Origin: Ignavibacteria bacterium
GTDB taxonomy: Bacteria > Elusimicrobiota > Endomicrobiia > PHAN01
Length of the DNA stretch: 64,000 nucleotides
Assembly (NCBI GenBank): GCA_041694835.1
Contig: JBGFRZ010000082.1
Location: 62,658-126,657, forward strand
Direction: 5' to 3'
In this document: one piece after another, positions 51,542-61,733 of the stretch
Numbering within the stretch: position 1 is the stretch's first letter
How the letters are laid out: each line of letters begins with the position of its first letter
Notes under the pieces: generated by a model
Databases searched by the model: none
What the model was told of the DNA's origin: nothing
The model's input: the letters and a program-made list of their open reading frames with translations, nothing else
Made by a program: the position numbers and the translations under genes

Positions 51542-52705
51542 ATGAAGCAAATACGTTCTTATGCAGAAATTAACGAGAAGATAAAAAATGGGAGAGCGGT
51601 GGTTCTCACCGCCGAAGAATTCATAAAACTCTCAAAAAAAGAAGGGCTCAAATCCGCTGCTAAAAAAGTGGACATAGTCACAACCGCCACTTTCGGTCCG
51701 ATGTGCTCTTCGGGCATTATCCTCAACTTCGGACACTCTGATCCGCCAATAAAAATGCAGAGCGTCTGGCTCAACGACGTTCCCACCCACGCGGGTCTTG
51801 CCGCCGTGGACATATATCTCGGCGCGACAGAAATTTCGACGACGAAAGGGATGGAATATGGTGGTGCTCATGTAATAGAAGATCTTATCAGGCGCAATAA
51901 AGTAACGCTCAAGGCCGTTGCCTACGGAACCGACTGCTATCCGAGGAAAGACATAAAAACAAAGTTCACGCTTGATTCAATAAATCAGGCGATAATGCTC
52001 AATCCTCGCAATGCGTACCAGAATTACTCCGTCGCAGTTAACTCGTCAAACAGGACGCTTTACACATACATGGGTGTGCTTCTTCCCAATCTTGGGAACG
52101 CTACTTACTGTAACGCAAGCCAACTTTCGCCGATGATAAAAGATCCCCTTTACAGAACTATCGGCGTTGGAACGAGGATTTTCTTCGGCGGCGCCGTCGG
52201 ATATGTAGCGTGGGAAGGAACTCAACACAATCCAACAAATGAGCGCGATCCGAATACGAAGATACCTTACACTCCATCTGGAACACTCTGTCTCATCGGC
52301 GATCTAAAAAATATGTCGACCGATTTTATCAGGGCCGCTTTGTTTCATAAATATGGAACGACTCTTTATGTCGGCGTTGGTATTCCTATACCTGTTCTGG
52401 ATGAGGATATGGCAAGACATCTCGCTGTGACCGACGACAAAATTTTCGCTACGATAATCGACTACAGCGTCCCGAAGAGGGCGAAGCCGAAACTAGGAAG
52501 GGTTTCGTATGCCGAGCTCCGTTCGGGTTACATAGAGATAGAAGGAAAAAAAGTTCCGACGGCTCCACTTTCAAGTTACGCCAAGGCGAGAGAGATTTCC
52601 TCAATACTTAAAAAGTGGATTGAAAGCGGCAAGTTCCCGATCACACAGCCCCTGGAAAGACTTTCCCTTGAAAGCACCTTCAAGCCGCTCGATGTGATGG
52701 AGTAA
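51542..52705 (+). CDS. Homocysteine biosynthesis enzyme (L-aspartate semialdehyde sulfurtransferase, DUF39; MJ0100/MA1821 family)
   Basis: VDIVTTATFGPMCSSG, GLAAVDIYLGAT, YGTDCYPR, NPRNAYQNY, EGTQHNP. Confidence 0.9.
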   Translation: MKQIRSYAEINEKIKNGRAVVLTAEEFIKLSKKEGLKSAAKKVDIVTTATFGPMCSSGIILNFGHSDPPIKMQSVWLNDVPTHAGLAAVDIYLGATEISTTKGMEYGGAHVIEDLIRRNKVTLKAVAYGTDCYPRKDIKTKFTLDSINQAIMLNPRNAYQNYSVAVNSSNRTLYTYMGVLLPNLGNATYCNASQLSPMIKDPLYRTIGVGTRIFFGGAVGYVAWEGTQHNPTNERDPNTKIPYTPSGTLCLIGDLKNMSTDFIRAALFHKYGTTLYVGVGIPIPVLDEDMARHLAVTDDKIFATIIDYSVPKRAKPKLGRVSYAELRSGYIEIEGKKVPTAPLSSYAKAREISSILKKWIESGKFPITQPLERLSLESTFKPLDVME

Positions 52706-52707
52706 CT

Positions 52708-53115
52708 ATGGCGGTTAAACGAATTGTTTTATATTTTCCTCAGAAACTGATAGACAAGCCGATAATCTACCATCTTGTGAAGGATTACGCCCTCGTCACG
52801 AATATATTGAGGGCGAACGTTGAACCTGACGAAGCGGGGAGGATGGTTATCGAGATTTCCGGGACACCTTCGGGTATAAGCAAGGGGATAAAATTTTTAA
52901 AGAAGCAAAAAATAGAGATAGAGTATCTTGCGAGAGAGATTTCTGTAGATGTCAAATCCTGTGTTGACTGCGGTGCCTGCACTGCCGTCTGCCCTCAGGA
53001 CGCTTTGGATATAGGGGAGCCCGACTGGAGGCTTAAATTCGACAAAAACAAATGCATACTCTGTGGTTTATGCGTCCCCGCCTGCCCGGTCGGAGCCATA
53101 AAAATAAAAGTGTAA
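52708..53115 (+). CDS. NIL-domain ferredoxin (MJ0099/MA1822 family)
   Basis: PIIYHLVKDY..NILRA NIL domain plus two CxxCxxCxxxCP motifs. Confidence 0.9.
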   Translation: MAVKRIVLYFPQKLIDKPIIYHLVKDYALVTNILRANVEPDEAGRMVIEISGTPSGISKGIKFLKKQKIEIEYLAREISVDVKSCVDCGACTAVCPQDALDIGEPDWRLKFDKNKCILCGLCVPACPVGAIKIKV

Positions 53116-53249
53116 TTTAGAACAAAGGACCGCTCAACAAAAACCAACAAGTATTTTCGCTCTTTTTCTCTCTCCACCAAGTCGTGTCGCCCTGAAGTTT
53201 TCCACCTCCAAAATAGCGGGGATGAATCTTTGTTCTCAAGAGTTTTTCA

Positions 53250-53984
53250 GTGAAACATAAATTCTGGGATGTAAGGTCCTACAGAAACTTTTCCGAAAAA
53301 GACAAAAACGAAAATAGACTTAAATACTTCAACGCGACCGTAGAAGAATCTGACATTTTTTTCCTCGCCGAGAGGGATCTTTCAGAAAATGCAATTAAAC
53401 TCATAAGGCGTTTCAGGAAAGATATTGAAAGTTATATCGTAATTCATCCCAATTTTTTGAGAGCATTTACTTCCATCAAAGCGATTGGAAATCCGCCCGA
53501 TATCGTAAAAGATATGATTCATTTTTCGAAAATCGCTAATGTCGGCCCGATGGCGGGCGTCGCCGGAGCGATAGCGGAATATGTCGGCAGGGAGCTTTTG
53601 AAGTTGAGCGGAGAAGTTATAGCCGAAAACGGCGGCGATGTTTTTGTATCAGTAAAAACTCCTATGGTAGCGGCTGTGGATATATCAAGCGAAATCCCTC
53701 CGATTAAAATAAAAATTTCACCTGAAAAAACGCCTTTGGGAATATGCACTTCTAGTGGAAAGTTCGGTCATTCGAAAAGCTTTGGAAAGGCGGATTCAGT
53801 TACAGTTGTTTCCGAAAGTGCTATATTGTCCGATTGTGCGGCAACTGCGGTGTGCAATGTCTTAAACTCCGAAGATGATATAGAAAATGTCGCCGAGCTT
53901 TCGAAAAAAATAGAAGGTGTAAGAGGCGTTATTGCAGTTTGCGGGGGAAAAATCGCGATTTGGGGAGAGGTGGAGATTGTCTGA
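53250..53984 (+). CDS. UPF0280 / ApbE-like protein
   Basis: VGPMAGVAGAIAE, ENGGD, GICTSSG..GHSKSFGKAD, ATAVCN. Confidence 0.88.
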   Translation: MKHKFWDVRSYRNFSEKDKNENRLKYFNATVEESDIFFLAERDLSENAIKLIRRFRKDIESYIVIHPNFLRAFTSIKAIGNPPDIVKDMIHFSKIANVGPMAGVAGAIAEYVGRELLKLSGEVIAENGGDVFVSVKTPMVAAVDISSEIPPIKIKISPEKTPLGICTSSGKFGHSKSFGKADSVTVVSESAILSDCAATAVCNVLNSEDDIENVAELSKKIEGVRGVIAVCGGKIAIWGEVEIV

Positions 53985-54097
53985 TGAGTTTAGAACATTT
54001 CTTCGCTTAATTTTCCGGAAATCTCGCCCGTCGTTCGTTTATGATTGCGGAACTCCCCGATAAATACGGGTGCGGACAATCCTCGCCGAAAACTTCT

Positions 54098-54441
54098 GAA
54101 AAATTCACCACAGAGGCATTCACCCCGTTAGAAAGGATTTTTCTAACGGGGCAAGGAGCACAGAGAAAAAACTTTACCACGAAAGCGCGAAAGTTAGAAA
54201 TCATGGAAAATCCCCCTCTAAATCCCCCCTCCCCCCCTTTATTAAAGGGGGAATAAAAGGGGGATTTAGGGGGAAGCGAAGCAGGGGGATTTACAAAAAG
54301 AGAACGATATTTTTCGCGTTTTCGTGTCTTCGTGGTTCAGGGTTTTAATAACACAGAACTCACATCTTCGTGGGTAATTTTCCCGATGACAATCGGGGTA
54401 GTTCTTGAACTACCTCATTTTTCCCCGTGTCTCTGTGGTAA
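54098..54441 (-). repeat. Composite nested MITE-like repeat, copy 2 (inverted)
   Basis: Reverse complement matches 38086-38425, with an expanded CCCCC/GGGGG hairpin and an extra CCCGAT..ATCGGG hairpin. Confidence 0.85.
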
Positions 54442-54474
54442 AAGGTTTTATTTTTGTAATAAACTGCTTGGATT

Positions 54475-57400
54475 ATGGATGCGTCTAAAAAAATAGTTAT
54501 TTTCGTAAAGAAGCTCAAAAGAAGGTTTTTACTGTTGAGCGTTTTTAATTTTTCGCTTGATTTTTTCTCCGCTACCGTTGTTTTTTTATTCCTTTTCATT
54601 GTGATGGCTCTGGTAAACGCCTATTTTACGGTTGAGCATTACTTCGCTGTTGTTTTCTTCTGGTTTTTTTATCTACTTTTGAGATATGTTAAACGTTTCG
54701 GGAAGCGATATAACGATGAGTCGTTGATAAAATACGTCGAATCCAGATTCCCTTCGTTTGCCGACGATATTTCGACAAGTTATTCGTTCATAAAAACCCC
54801 GATGCATTTTGTTTCTGAGACAAGTCTTGTATTCAAGAACGAACATCTAGAAAAGTCATGCGGTCACATCGAAAATTTGGAGATAAAAAAAGTGATGCCG
54901 TTTGAAATAACAGGCAGAGTCGCTGATTTATCCGCTGCGATGTTGATTTTGGCGGCTTACATTTTCGTTATGCCTGTTGAATTCAGATATGCGCTGAACA
55001 ACCTTCTCAGGAAACCGCTTGATATTGCCGTTGTGAAAATCACTCCCGGGGATGCGGAAGTTTCTTACGGCGACTCCGTCACGATTTCAGCGTCTCTTCC
55101 GGCGGAAGTTCCGTTTAGACCCTCGCTTTTGATAAGCACGAAATATGAAAAAACAAGTATTGAGGACATGGCATCGAAAAAAATTGACAACAAAATCATC
55201 TGGAGTTATCGCTATGATAAGGTTATTGACGATATTAAATATAAGTTTAAAATCGGAACATCCAAGACGAAAGAATATATCATCAAAACTGTCAGGCCAA
55301 TCGTTTTCAGAAATATCGAAATCAGATACACATATCCACAATACACAGGTCTTCCCGAGAAGATGACGAATAACGAGCCAAATATGGAGTGTTACGAGGG
55401 AACCCTGATTAATATAACGGCCAAAGCGGAGGAAAGCATCGACTTCGCGGAGTTGTTTTTTGAAAACAGAAGTCTTACGATGAGGCTTTCAAATGACGGG
55501 AAAACCGCGAGGTTGAGCATGAAAGCTTCAAAAAGCGAAACATACAAATTCGCGATACGCAAAAATTCAAAGACACACTTGAGTTCAACTTACAGGATAG
55601 ATGTCTTGAAGGATTTGCCGCCCAAAATAGATATAATTTCGCCGGCTCAGGATTTGCTCTTGAGCGGAGACGAAACCATCCCGATTATCTATTCTTTCGA
55701 GGATGATTTCGGCGTAAGTTCGCTCAAACTTGTTTATAAATCGGGTGATTCTCAAAACGAGATACCGCTTAAATTCGACCGGAAAAAAGGGGGATTGGGC
55801 GAACACCTCTGGGGATTTGGCAGAATTTCAGCAAAGCCCGGCGACACGATAAAATACTATTTGTCTGCGACGGACGGAAACGGTTCCGAGGGTTTTTCGA
55901 AGACATTTGTTTTTGAAATAGCGACTTACGAAAAAAACCACAAAAATATAATGCGGGAGCTGGACAAATTTTCAAATGAAGTTTTGAGGATTTTAAGCGA
56001 ACAAATCGCGGCGAGGGAAAAGCTGAGGTCGCAAAAAACGCCTCCGTGGGAAGGAATCAAAGAAGCCCAGAAGAAAATCCTCGACTCCGTCCGCAATGCG
56101 TCGGGCGGCTTAAAAGAAACGTTGAAAAAAATGTTGGAGGACCCTTTTTTCGATGGATATCTCATGAGCGAATATAGGGGGATGGAAGAAACCTTGAATT
56201 ATTTAGAGCGAAAACCTTTGAGTGGAGCGGTGAATTTCGCAGAAAAACAAGACGCGCACGGCGTTGAAAGCAATCAAACGGAAGCCATATCGCTCCTTGA
56301 GAAGCTCTCTCTTCTTTCACAGGACGTGATGAAGCATCAAAACCTCAGCGATCTTGAATCTAAATTCGCGGATATGGAGAAAAAATTTGACTTGGCGTTC
56401 GAAAATATAAAGGAGCATTCGGCGCAGGAACTTATGGCACAGATGGAAGAAATCTCAGAAATTATGAAAGAAATAGAAAATCTCATAAGGGATATGCCGC
56501 AAATACTGCCGGAGGAGTTCATAAACTCTTCGGCTTTGAAAAATATGGATTTCAAGACCGCTCAAGACGCCGCTTCCGCGATAAAAGACGCTCTTATGAA
56601 GTCGAATTTTGAAGAGGCGAAGAAAATTATGGAGAACTTGAAAGATGAGTTAAAAAAAATGAGAGACGCCATGAGAAAAGCCGCCGAAAATCTTGCCATT
56701 AAAAGCGCTCCGCGGGAAATCTCAGGGCAATTGTCCGATTTGAGTCGGAAAATGAAAGAGATAATAAAAAAACAGGAAGAACTTTATACCCTGACGTCGA
56801 AGCATGAGGATTCGCGTCTAAAAAAAGTGTTTTCGGCGCAGAAAAAACTCCTCAAAGAACTCGCCGTACGACAGAAAGAGTTGAATCGAAAAGCGGATTT
56901 ACTAAAAGTGAATATCCCAGGGATTGCGCAATCGCAGCCTCTTATGGAAAGGATATACGGCGAGTTTTCGTCGGGCAAGGTTCATAACTCCCAGAAATAT
57001 CTGCAAGACGTGCTCACGAATTTGTCTAACATAAAGGAGGTTCTTTTGATGGATGCAAAAGAGCCGAAAAAAGACGACATACTTGCCCTGAATGAGATAT
57101 TAAGCGGCGAGAAGGAAATCCTGGAGATTTTAAGAAAGACGCCCGCTACAGAGTTTTCCCAATCCGAGCAAAACGAAATGAACGCCGTTTCAAAGAGACA
57201 GTCCTCTCTCAGGGACGAATTAAATGACGTGCGGAAGAATCTGTCAAAAATAACAGCTGCGACCGCGGCGATACCTTATCAGATTCTTTCGAATATGAGC
57301 TCAGCTTCGGCGGAGATGGGGGCATCTTCGGAAAATCTCTCAAGGTATGATACGTTTAAAAGTCTGGAAAATCAGAAAAATGCGATTGATTTACTCTCTA

Positions 57401-57660
57401 ACCTGTTGTCCGATATGGAGTCGGCATCGGCTTCCATGGGGGCGATGAGTTATGGTCAAAAGCCGGTTCCGTCGCTCCGCCCGCGCGGTCCCGGCGGAAT
57501 TTACGGCGTAAGACTCGGAAAAGTTGAGCTCCCGGGTGCCGATGAGTTCAAGGTGCCGCAGGAATTCAGAAGCGAGATTTTGAAGGCCTTGCAGGAAAAA
57601 TACCCCGAGGAGTATGAAAAACTCATACAAAAATACTACAGGAAGCTTATAGGACAATGA
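54475..57660 (+). CDS. Large membrane protein, DUF4175-like (TM, Ig-like domains, coiled coils)
   Basis: N-terminal TMs, YTYPQYTGLP, DLPPKI..DDFGVS, long helical region, C-terminal PEEYEKLIQKYYRKL. Confidence 0.7.
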   Translation: MDASKKIVIFVKKLKRRFLLLSVFNFSLDFFSATVVFLFLFIVMALVNAYFTVEHYFAVVFFWFFYLLLRYVKRFGKRYNDESLIKYVESRFPSFADDISTSYSFIKTPMHFVSETSLVFKNEHLEKSCGHIENLEIKKVMPFEITGRVADLSAAMLILAAYIFVMPVEFRYALNNLLRKPLDIAVVKITPGDAEVSYGDSVTISASLPAEVPFRPSLLISTKYEKTSIEDMASKKIDNKIIWSYRYDKVIDDIKYKFKIGTSKTKEYIIKTVRPIVFRNIEIRYTYPQYTGLPEKMTNNEPNMECYEGTLINITAKAEESIDFAELFFENRSLTMRLSNDGKTARLSMKASKSETYKFAIRKNSKTHLSSTYRIDVLKDLPPKIDIISPAQDLLLSGDETIPIIYSFEDDFGVSSLKLVYKSGDSQNEIPLKFDRKKGGLGEHLWGFGRISAKPGDTIKYYLSATDGNGSEGFSKTFVFEIATYEKNHKNIMRELDKFSNEVLRILSEQIAAREKLRSQKTPPWEGIKEAQKKILDSVRNASGGLKETLKKMLEDPFFDGYLMSEYRGMEETLNYLERKPLSGAVNFAEKQDAHGVESNQTEAISLLEKLSLLSQDVMKHQNLSDLESKFADMEKKFDLAFENIKEHSAQELMAQMEEISEIMKEIENLIRDMPQILPEEFINSSALKNMDFKTAQDAASAIKDALMKSNFEEAKKIMENLKDELKKMRDAMRKAAENLAIKSAPREISGQLSDLSRKMKEIIKKQEELYTLTSKHEDSRLKKVFSAQKKLLKELAVRQKELNRKADLLKVNIPGIAQSQPLMERIYGEFSSGKVHNSQKYLQDVLTNLSNIKEVLLMDAKEPKKDDILALNEILSGEKEILEILRKTPATEFSQSEQNEMNAVSKRQSSLRDELNDVRKNLSKITAATAAIPYQILSNMSSASAEMGASSENLSRYDTFKSLENQKNAIDLLSNLLSDMESASASMGAMSYGQKPVPSLRPRGPGGIYGVRLGKVELPGADEFKVPQEFRSEILKALQEKYPEEYEKLIQKYYRKLIGQ

Positions 57661-57750
57661 ATAAAAGATTATTTATCTTGGCGTCGGCAGCGGTATAGCT
57701 TCACGAAATCCCGCGTCACAAATATTTTTTGTCGGATTGGTGCGAATTGT

Positions 57751-59178
57751 ATGGCTGTTATTTTTGCTTTTATCATGGCATTTTTTTGCGCTATTGATTT
57801 ATTTGCCGGGAACAGTTATGAAAGCTTCGCCTTAAAGATGCTCGACTCTGGAGATTTCGAAGGCTTCAACAATATGCTCGCGGATAAGCGATACTCTATG
57901 ATGGATAAACATAGGTACATGGCATGGTTTTTACTCTACACGGGGGAGTATTCAAAGGGTCTCGGGATTCTTGGCGCCGCAAAAAAAGATGATTTTCTGT
58001 TCCGATATTTAAGTTTTATGTCTTCGATTGAAAAAAGTTTCAGTGAAGTTCAATCAGAGCATTTCAAAGTGAGATACTTTCCCCCTGACGAGATAATGGC
58101 GGATTTTGCAGTTGAAGCCCTTGAAAAAATTTATGTAAAAAACGGAGAACTCCTCGGCTATTTTCCGCCCGACAAGATAGTTGTCGAGATTTATCCCGAC
58201 AAGAATTCATTCGCTATGGCATCTACTCTCGGGCTTGCTCTCCTTGAAAAATCCGGAACCGTCGGAATATGCAAATTCAACAGGATAATGCTCCTCTCGC
58301 CGAGAAATCTCCCCCTGGGTTACAGATGGCTCGACACTTTAAGCCACGAATACTGCCATCTTCTCATAAACAGGATAACAAGAAATAACGCCCCGCTGTG
58401 GCTTCATGAGGGCGTTTCAAGATATACGGACACACTGTGGCGACTTGATAAGTCGAATTATCTTTCGGACTACTCGGCTAAGATGCTCAAAGAAGCCGTT
58501 CAAAAAAACAGTCTCATTCCTTTTAAAAAGATGTCCCCTTCGCTTGTGTTTCTTCCGACTCAGGAAGATATTTCGCTTGCCTTCGCTCAGGTTGCAAGTT
58601 TCGTGGATTTTTTTGTCCAAAAATACGGTCAGGGCGCTTTGAAAAAGTGGCTTGAATACATCGCCGTATTGAAAGAAAAGGAATCTTTTAGAAAAGTATC
58701 AAAGGTTTCTTTTGAATCGATTGAGAGAAAATGGAAGGGAAGTATAGCGGCTGGAATTCAGGAAAGGATTTCGGACGGCGTACCGGATACTCCCAAGTAT
58801 GGAGCGAAGTCAGAGGAGGAGTTTTTATCGATTGATTCAATCGGCCATGTGAGGTTGGGAGATATTTTAAGAAGACAGGGAAGCTTTGAGAGTGCGCTAA
58901 TACAGTATCAAAAAGCTTATGACAGCGACAGATCCCCGGTCATAGCGGTAAAAATAGCGAAAGTCAAAATGGCTATCGGTAACATCGATGCGGCGCAGGC
59001 GCTTATGGAAGAGCTTATCAAGGGAAACGAGAACTACATAACCCCATATCTCCTGCTTAGGGAGATATCGCTTGGCCGCGGCGAGAAGAAAAAAGCGAGC
59101 TTTTACGCCCACGAGGCGTTCTCGATAAACCCATTTTATCCCGGATTATACGATATAGTGAAATCTATGAAACAATGA
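57751..59178 (+). CDS. Secreted peptidase MA (gluzincin)-like protein with TPRs
   Basis: Signal peptide, SEHF, HEYCH..PLWLHEG, C-terminal TPR-like helices. Confidence 0.78.
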   Translation: MAVIFAFIMAFFCAIDLFAGNSYESFALKMLDSGDFEGFNNMLADKRYSMMDKHRYMAWFLLYTGEYSKGLGILGAAKKDDFLFRYLSFMSSIEKSFSEVQSEHFKVRYFPPDEIMADFAVEALEKIYVKNGELLGYFPPDKIVVEIYPDKNSFAMASTLGLALLEKSGTVGICKFNRIMLLSPRNLPLGYRWLDTLSHEYCHLLINRITRNNAPLWLHEGVSRYTDTLWRLDKSNYLSDYSAKMLKEAVQKNSLIPFKKMSPSLVFLPTQEDISLAFAQVASFVDFFVQKYGQGALKKWLEYIAVLKEKESFRKVSKVSFESIERKWKGSIAAGIQERISDGVPDTPKYGAKSEEEFLSIDSIGHVRLGDILRRQGSFESALIQYQKAYDSDRSPVIAVKIAKVKMAIGNIDAAQALMEELIKGNENYITPYLLLREISLGRGEKKKASFYAHEAFSINPFYPGLYDIVKSMKQ

Positions 59179-59274
59179 AAATGAAAATGGAAAATGGGGA
59201 CGCTTCACATTTTTACTGATATTATTAGTGTTTCCGCCCATGGTTTCTTCCGGATTTCCGCCCGTTGTCTATAT

Positions 59275-59546
59275 TAGGGTCTGCTGACGCTACACTAAAA
59301 TGCTAATTACCACAGAGACACAAAGAAAAATGAGAACCTCACAGAGAAATCACCCGCGAAGATGTGAGTTCTGTGTTATTAAAACTCTGAACCACGAAGA
59401 CACGAAACAATCCCCCTTTATTAAAGGGGGAAATAGGTGGATTATTTTTTTCGTGATTTCTAACTTTCGCGCTTTTGTGGTAAAGTTTTTTCTCTGTGTT
59501 CCTGGTGCCTCTGTGGTGAATTTTAGCGAAGCGTCAGTGAACCCTA
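59275..59546 (+). mobile_element. Composite MITE-like repeat, copy 3, with intact terminal inverted repeats
   Basis: TAGGGTctgCTGACGCTacaCTAAAAT ... ATTTTAGcgaAGCGTCAGtgaACCCTA; interior matches copies 1 and 2. Confidence 0.78.
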
Positions 59547-59568
59547 TATTAAATCTTTTCGAGTAGAT

Positions 59569-60906
59569 TTACTTCTCTTTTTCGATTATTCCAAGGACTT
59601 CGTCAAGGACTTTGTAGATGAACTCGGCGTCGTCTTTGGTTATGCATAGTGGCGGTTTGATTCTTATGACATTGCCCGCCATCGCCCCTTTTCCGACGAG
59701 AAGCCCCCTGTCTTTGCAAAGGTCCATAACGCGCAATGTCTCTTTTGCCGCCGGCTCTTTGGTTTTTCTGTCTTTGACAAGTTCAAAGCCGAGCATCAGA
59801 CCTTTTCCTCTGACATCGCCGATGATTTTGTGCTTGTCCATCAGGGCGATGAGTTTATCTCTTAAGAATTTGCCGATGACAGCGGCATTGTGGGCGTAAT
59901 CATATTTTTCAATGACTTCCAGTACACCAAGACCAGCAGCCATCGAGACGGGATTTCCGCCATAAGTGTTAAAATGAACCTTCCCTCTCATAGACTCGGC
60001 GATTTCGGTCGTGGTGATTATTCCCCCAAGCGGAGCGCCGTTGCCGATGCCTTTTGCCATAGTGATTATGTCGGGTTTGACATCCCACTGTTCTATCCCG
60101 AAAAACTTGTCGCCCGTTCTGCCGAAGCCCGTCTGAACTTCGTCGGAAATATAGACGCCGCCGTATTTTTTGACGATTTCGTATGCAATTTTGAAATACT
60201 CTTTCGGCGGGTCAACCACACCTCCGAATCCCTGTATCGGCTCGGCGATAAATCCCGCTATATGTCCGCTGGTGGAGTATTTGATGACTTGCTCGATTTC
60301 TTTCGCGCAAGCCATGTCGCAGTCCGGATAAGTAATTCCGAAAGGACATCTGTAACAATATCCCGCGGGGGCGTGAGAGACGCCAAAAACATAAGGCAAC
60401 GAATGACGCCAGGCGCTCTGTCCCGTCAGAGACATAGCCATAAGCGTTCTGCCGTGGAACGAATGTCTCAGTCCGACGAACTCCATCTGCTTTGTGAAAT
60501 TTTTTGCAAGGAGAGCCGCCAGTTCGTTGGCCTCGCATCCGGCGTTGGTAAAGAAAGACACCTGAAGATTCGGATTTGCGTTCTTTGAGACCTCCGCCAT
60601 TTTTTTTGCATAAAGCGCTATATTGGGGTGGAAATAAAGGGTGGTCATGTGCTGAAGATTTGCGACCTGCGCCTGAATTTTTGGCACAATATCGGGATGA
60701 CAGTGCCCGACGGAAATCGTCACCACCGCTGAGAATCCGTCGAGATATTTTTTTCCCGAATCGTCGTAGACATACTGCATCTCTCCCCTGATTATATTTA
60801 TTGGTTCGGTGAAATAGGTCATCGTCGAGGGTAGCAGGTGCTTTGACCTCAGTTCGGCGATTTCTTTTGCTGATAGCGACTTTTTTGAAGCGGTGGATTT
60901 TGGCAT
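59569..60906 (-). CDS. Class III PLP aminotransferase (AGXT2/PydD-like, probable beta-alanine aminotransferase)
   Basis: SVGHCHP, SFHG, AEPIQG, DEVQTGFGRTG, MAKGIGNG, FNTYGGNP, RIKPP; SD before the ATG at 60906. Confidence 0.85.
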   Translation of the reverse strand: MPKSTASKKSLSAKEIAELRSKHLLPSTMTYFTEPINIIRGEMQYVYDDSGKKYLDGFSAVVTISVGHCHPDIVPKIQAQVANLQHMTTLYFHPNIALYAKKMAEVSKNANPNLQVSFFTNAGCEANELAALLAKNFTKQMEFVGLRHSFHGRTLMAMSLTGQSAWRHSLPYVFGVSHAPAGYCYRCPFGITYPDCDMACAKEIEQVIKYSTSGHIAGFIAEPIQGFGGVVDPPKEYFKIAYEIVKKYGGVYISDEVQTGFGRTGDKFFGIEQWDVKPDIITMAKGIGNGAPLGGIITTTEIAESMRGKVHFNTYGGNPVSMAAGLGVLEVIEKYDYAHNAAVIGKFLRDKLIALMDKHKIIGDVRGKGLMLGFELVKDRKTKEPAAKETLRVMDLCKDRGLLVGKGAMAGNVIRIKPPLCITKDDAEFIYKVLDEVLGIIEKEK

Positions 60907-61012
60907 AAACTCTCTCCTTTTCAATAAAACCAGGACGCAGAATGTAATTGTACAAAAATCGTTTTTATTTTCCAAATCAAAAAGCAAAACTTCACCCGCT
61001 GGCAAAAAAACC

Positions 61013-61041
61013 TTGAAAATCTTCGTGGATTATGCTAAAAT
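61013..61041 (+). promoter_or_regulatory. Sigma70 promoter (extended -10)
   Basis: TTGAAA-17 bp-TAAAAT preceded by TGn; ATG only 9 bp downstream. Confidence 0.6.
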
Positions 61042-61050
61042 ACCGCTGTT

Positions 61051-61692
61051 ATGTCGCTATCGCAAATTGAAGAAGTGAAATGTCCGTGCGGCGAGGTTTT
61101 TGTGGCGGAGTTATGGAGCGTTATAAATGTCATCGAAGATCCATCGCTGAAGGATTCTCTTTTGGGCGGCGAGATTAACGTCGTAAAATGTCCGAAGTGT
61201 GGCATCATGTTTTATGCGGAGCATTTTCTCCTATACCACGACTCGGTCAACGAACTGCTCGCTTTCGTCTATCCTGAAAGTTTTGCCGTTTCGAAGGAAC
61301 ACTGGCAGATGAAAATGATAGAGCAGTTCGAAAATGCACAAAGCGATTTTGGTCCAGAGGAAAGGCTGAAATATGAGCCTTTGCTGATTTTTGGTCTCGA
61401 AGAACTCCTCGCTCTCATCAGAAAGGAAGAAGAGCTTGAAGACGAGATAAGAATCGTCGAGTATGAATGCAGGAAAATGAACATACAGACGTTGAAGTTA
61501 AAGCCGTCGGTAGCCAGAAAAAAGCAAATACCCGCTTTGATTCCCTCGACGGAGAAGTTATACGGGAAGGATGAGTTGATAGTCGCTTTGAAAGCGATTC
61601 TTAAAGAAAACCCCCGCCTTGAGCACTACGGCAGATTCCTGGAGAAGATATTCTCGTGCCCTCCCTCGGATTTCGAGGAAATACTCCCCTGA
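61051..61692 (+). CDS. CpXC-domain protein
   Basis: VKCPCG..SVINV..P.LK..LL.GEIN..KCPKCG..LYHD. Confidence 0.8.
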   Translation: MSLSQIEEVKCPCGEVFVAELWSVINVIEDPSLKDSLLGGEINVVKCPKCGIMFYAEHFLLYHDSVNELLAFVYPESFAVSKEHWQMKMIEQFENAQSDFGPEERLKYEPLLIFGLEELLALIRKEEELEDEIRIVEYECRKMNIQTLKLKPSVARKKQIPALIPSTEKLYGKDELIVALKAILKENPRLEHYGRFLEKIFSCPPSDFEEILP

Positions 61693-61733
61693 ATTTTCTT
61701 GTTTTTGCGGAATTATTTTGGTAAAATAATCCC

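Noticed and set aside
59890-60955. 232-aa (+) and 247-aa (-) alternative ORFs over the aminotransferase
   Set aside because: Shadow frames with no recognisable motifs.
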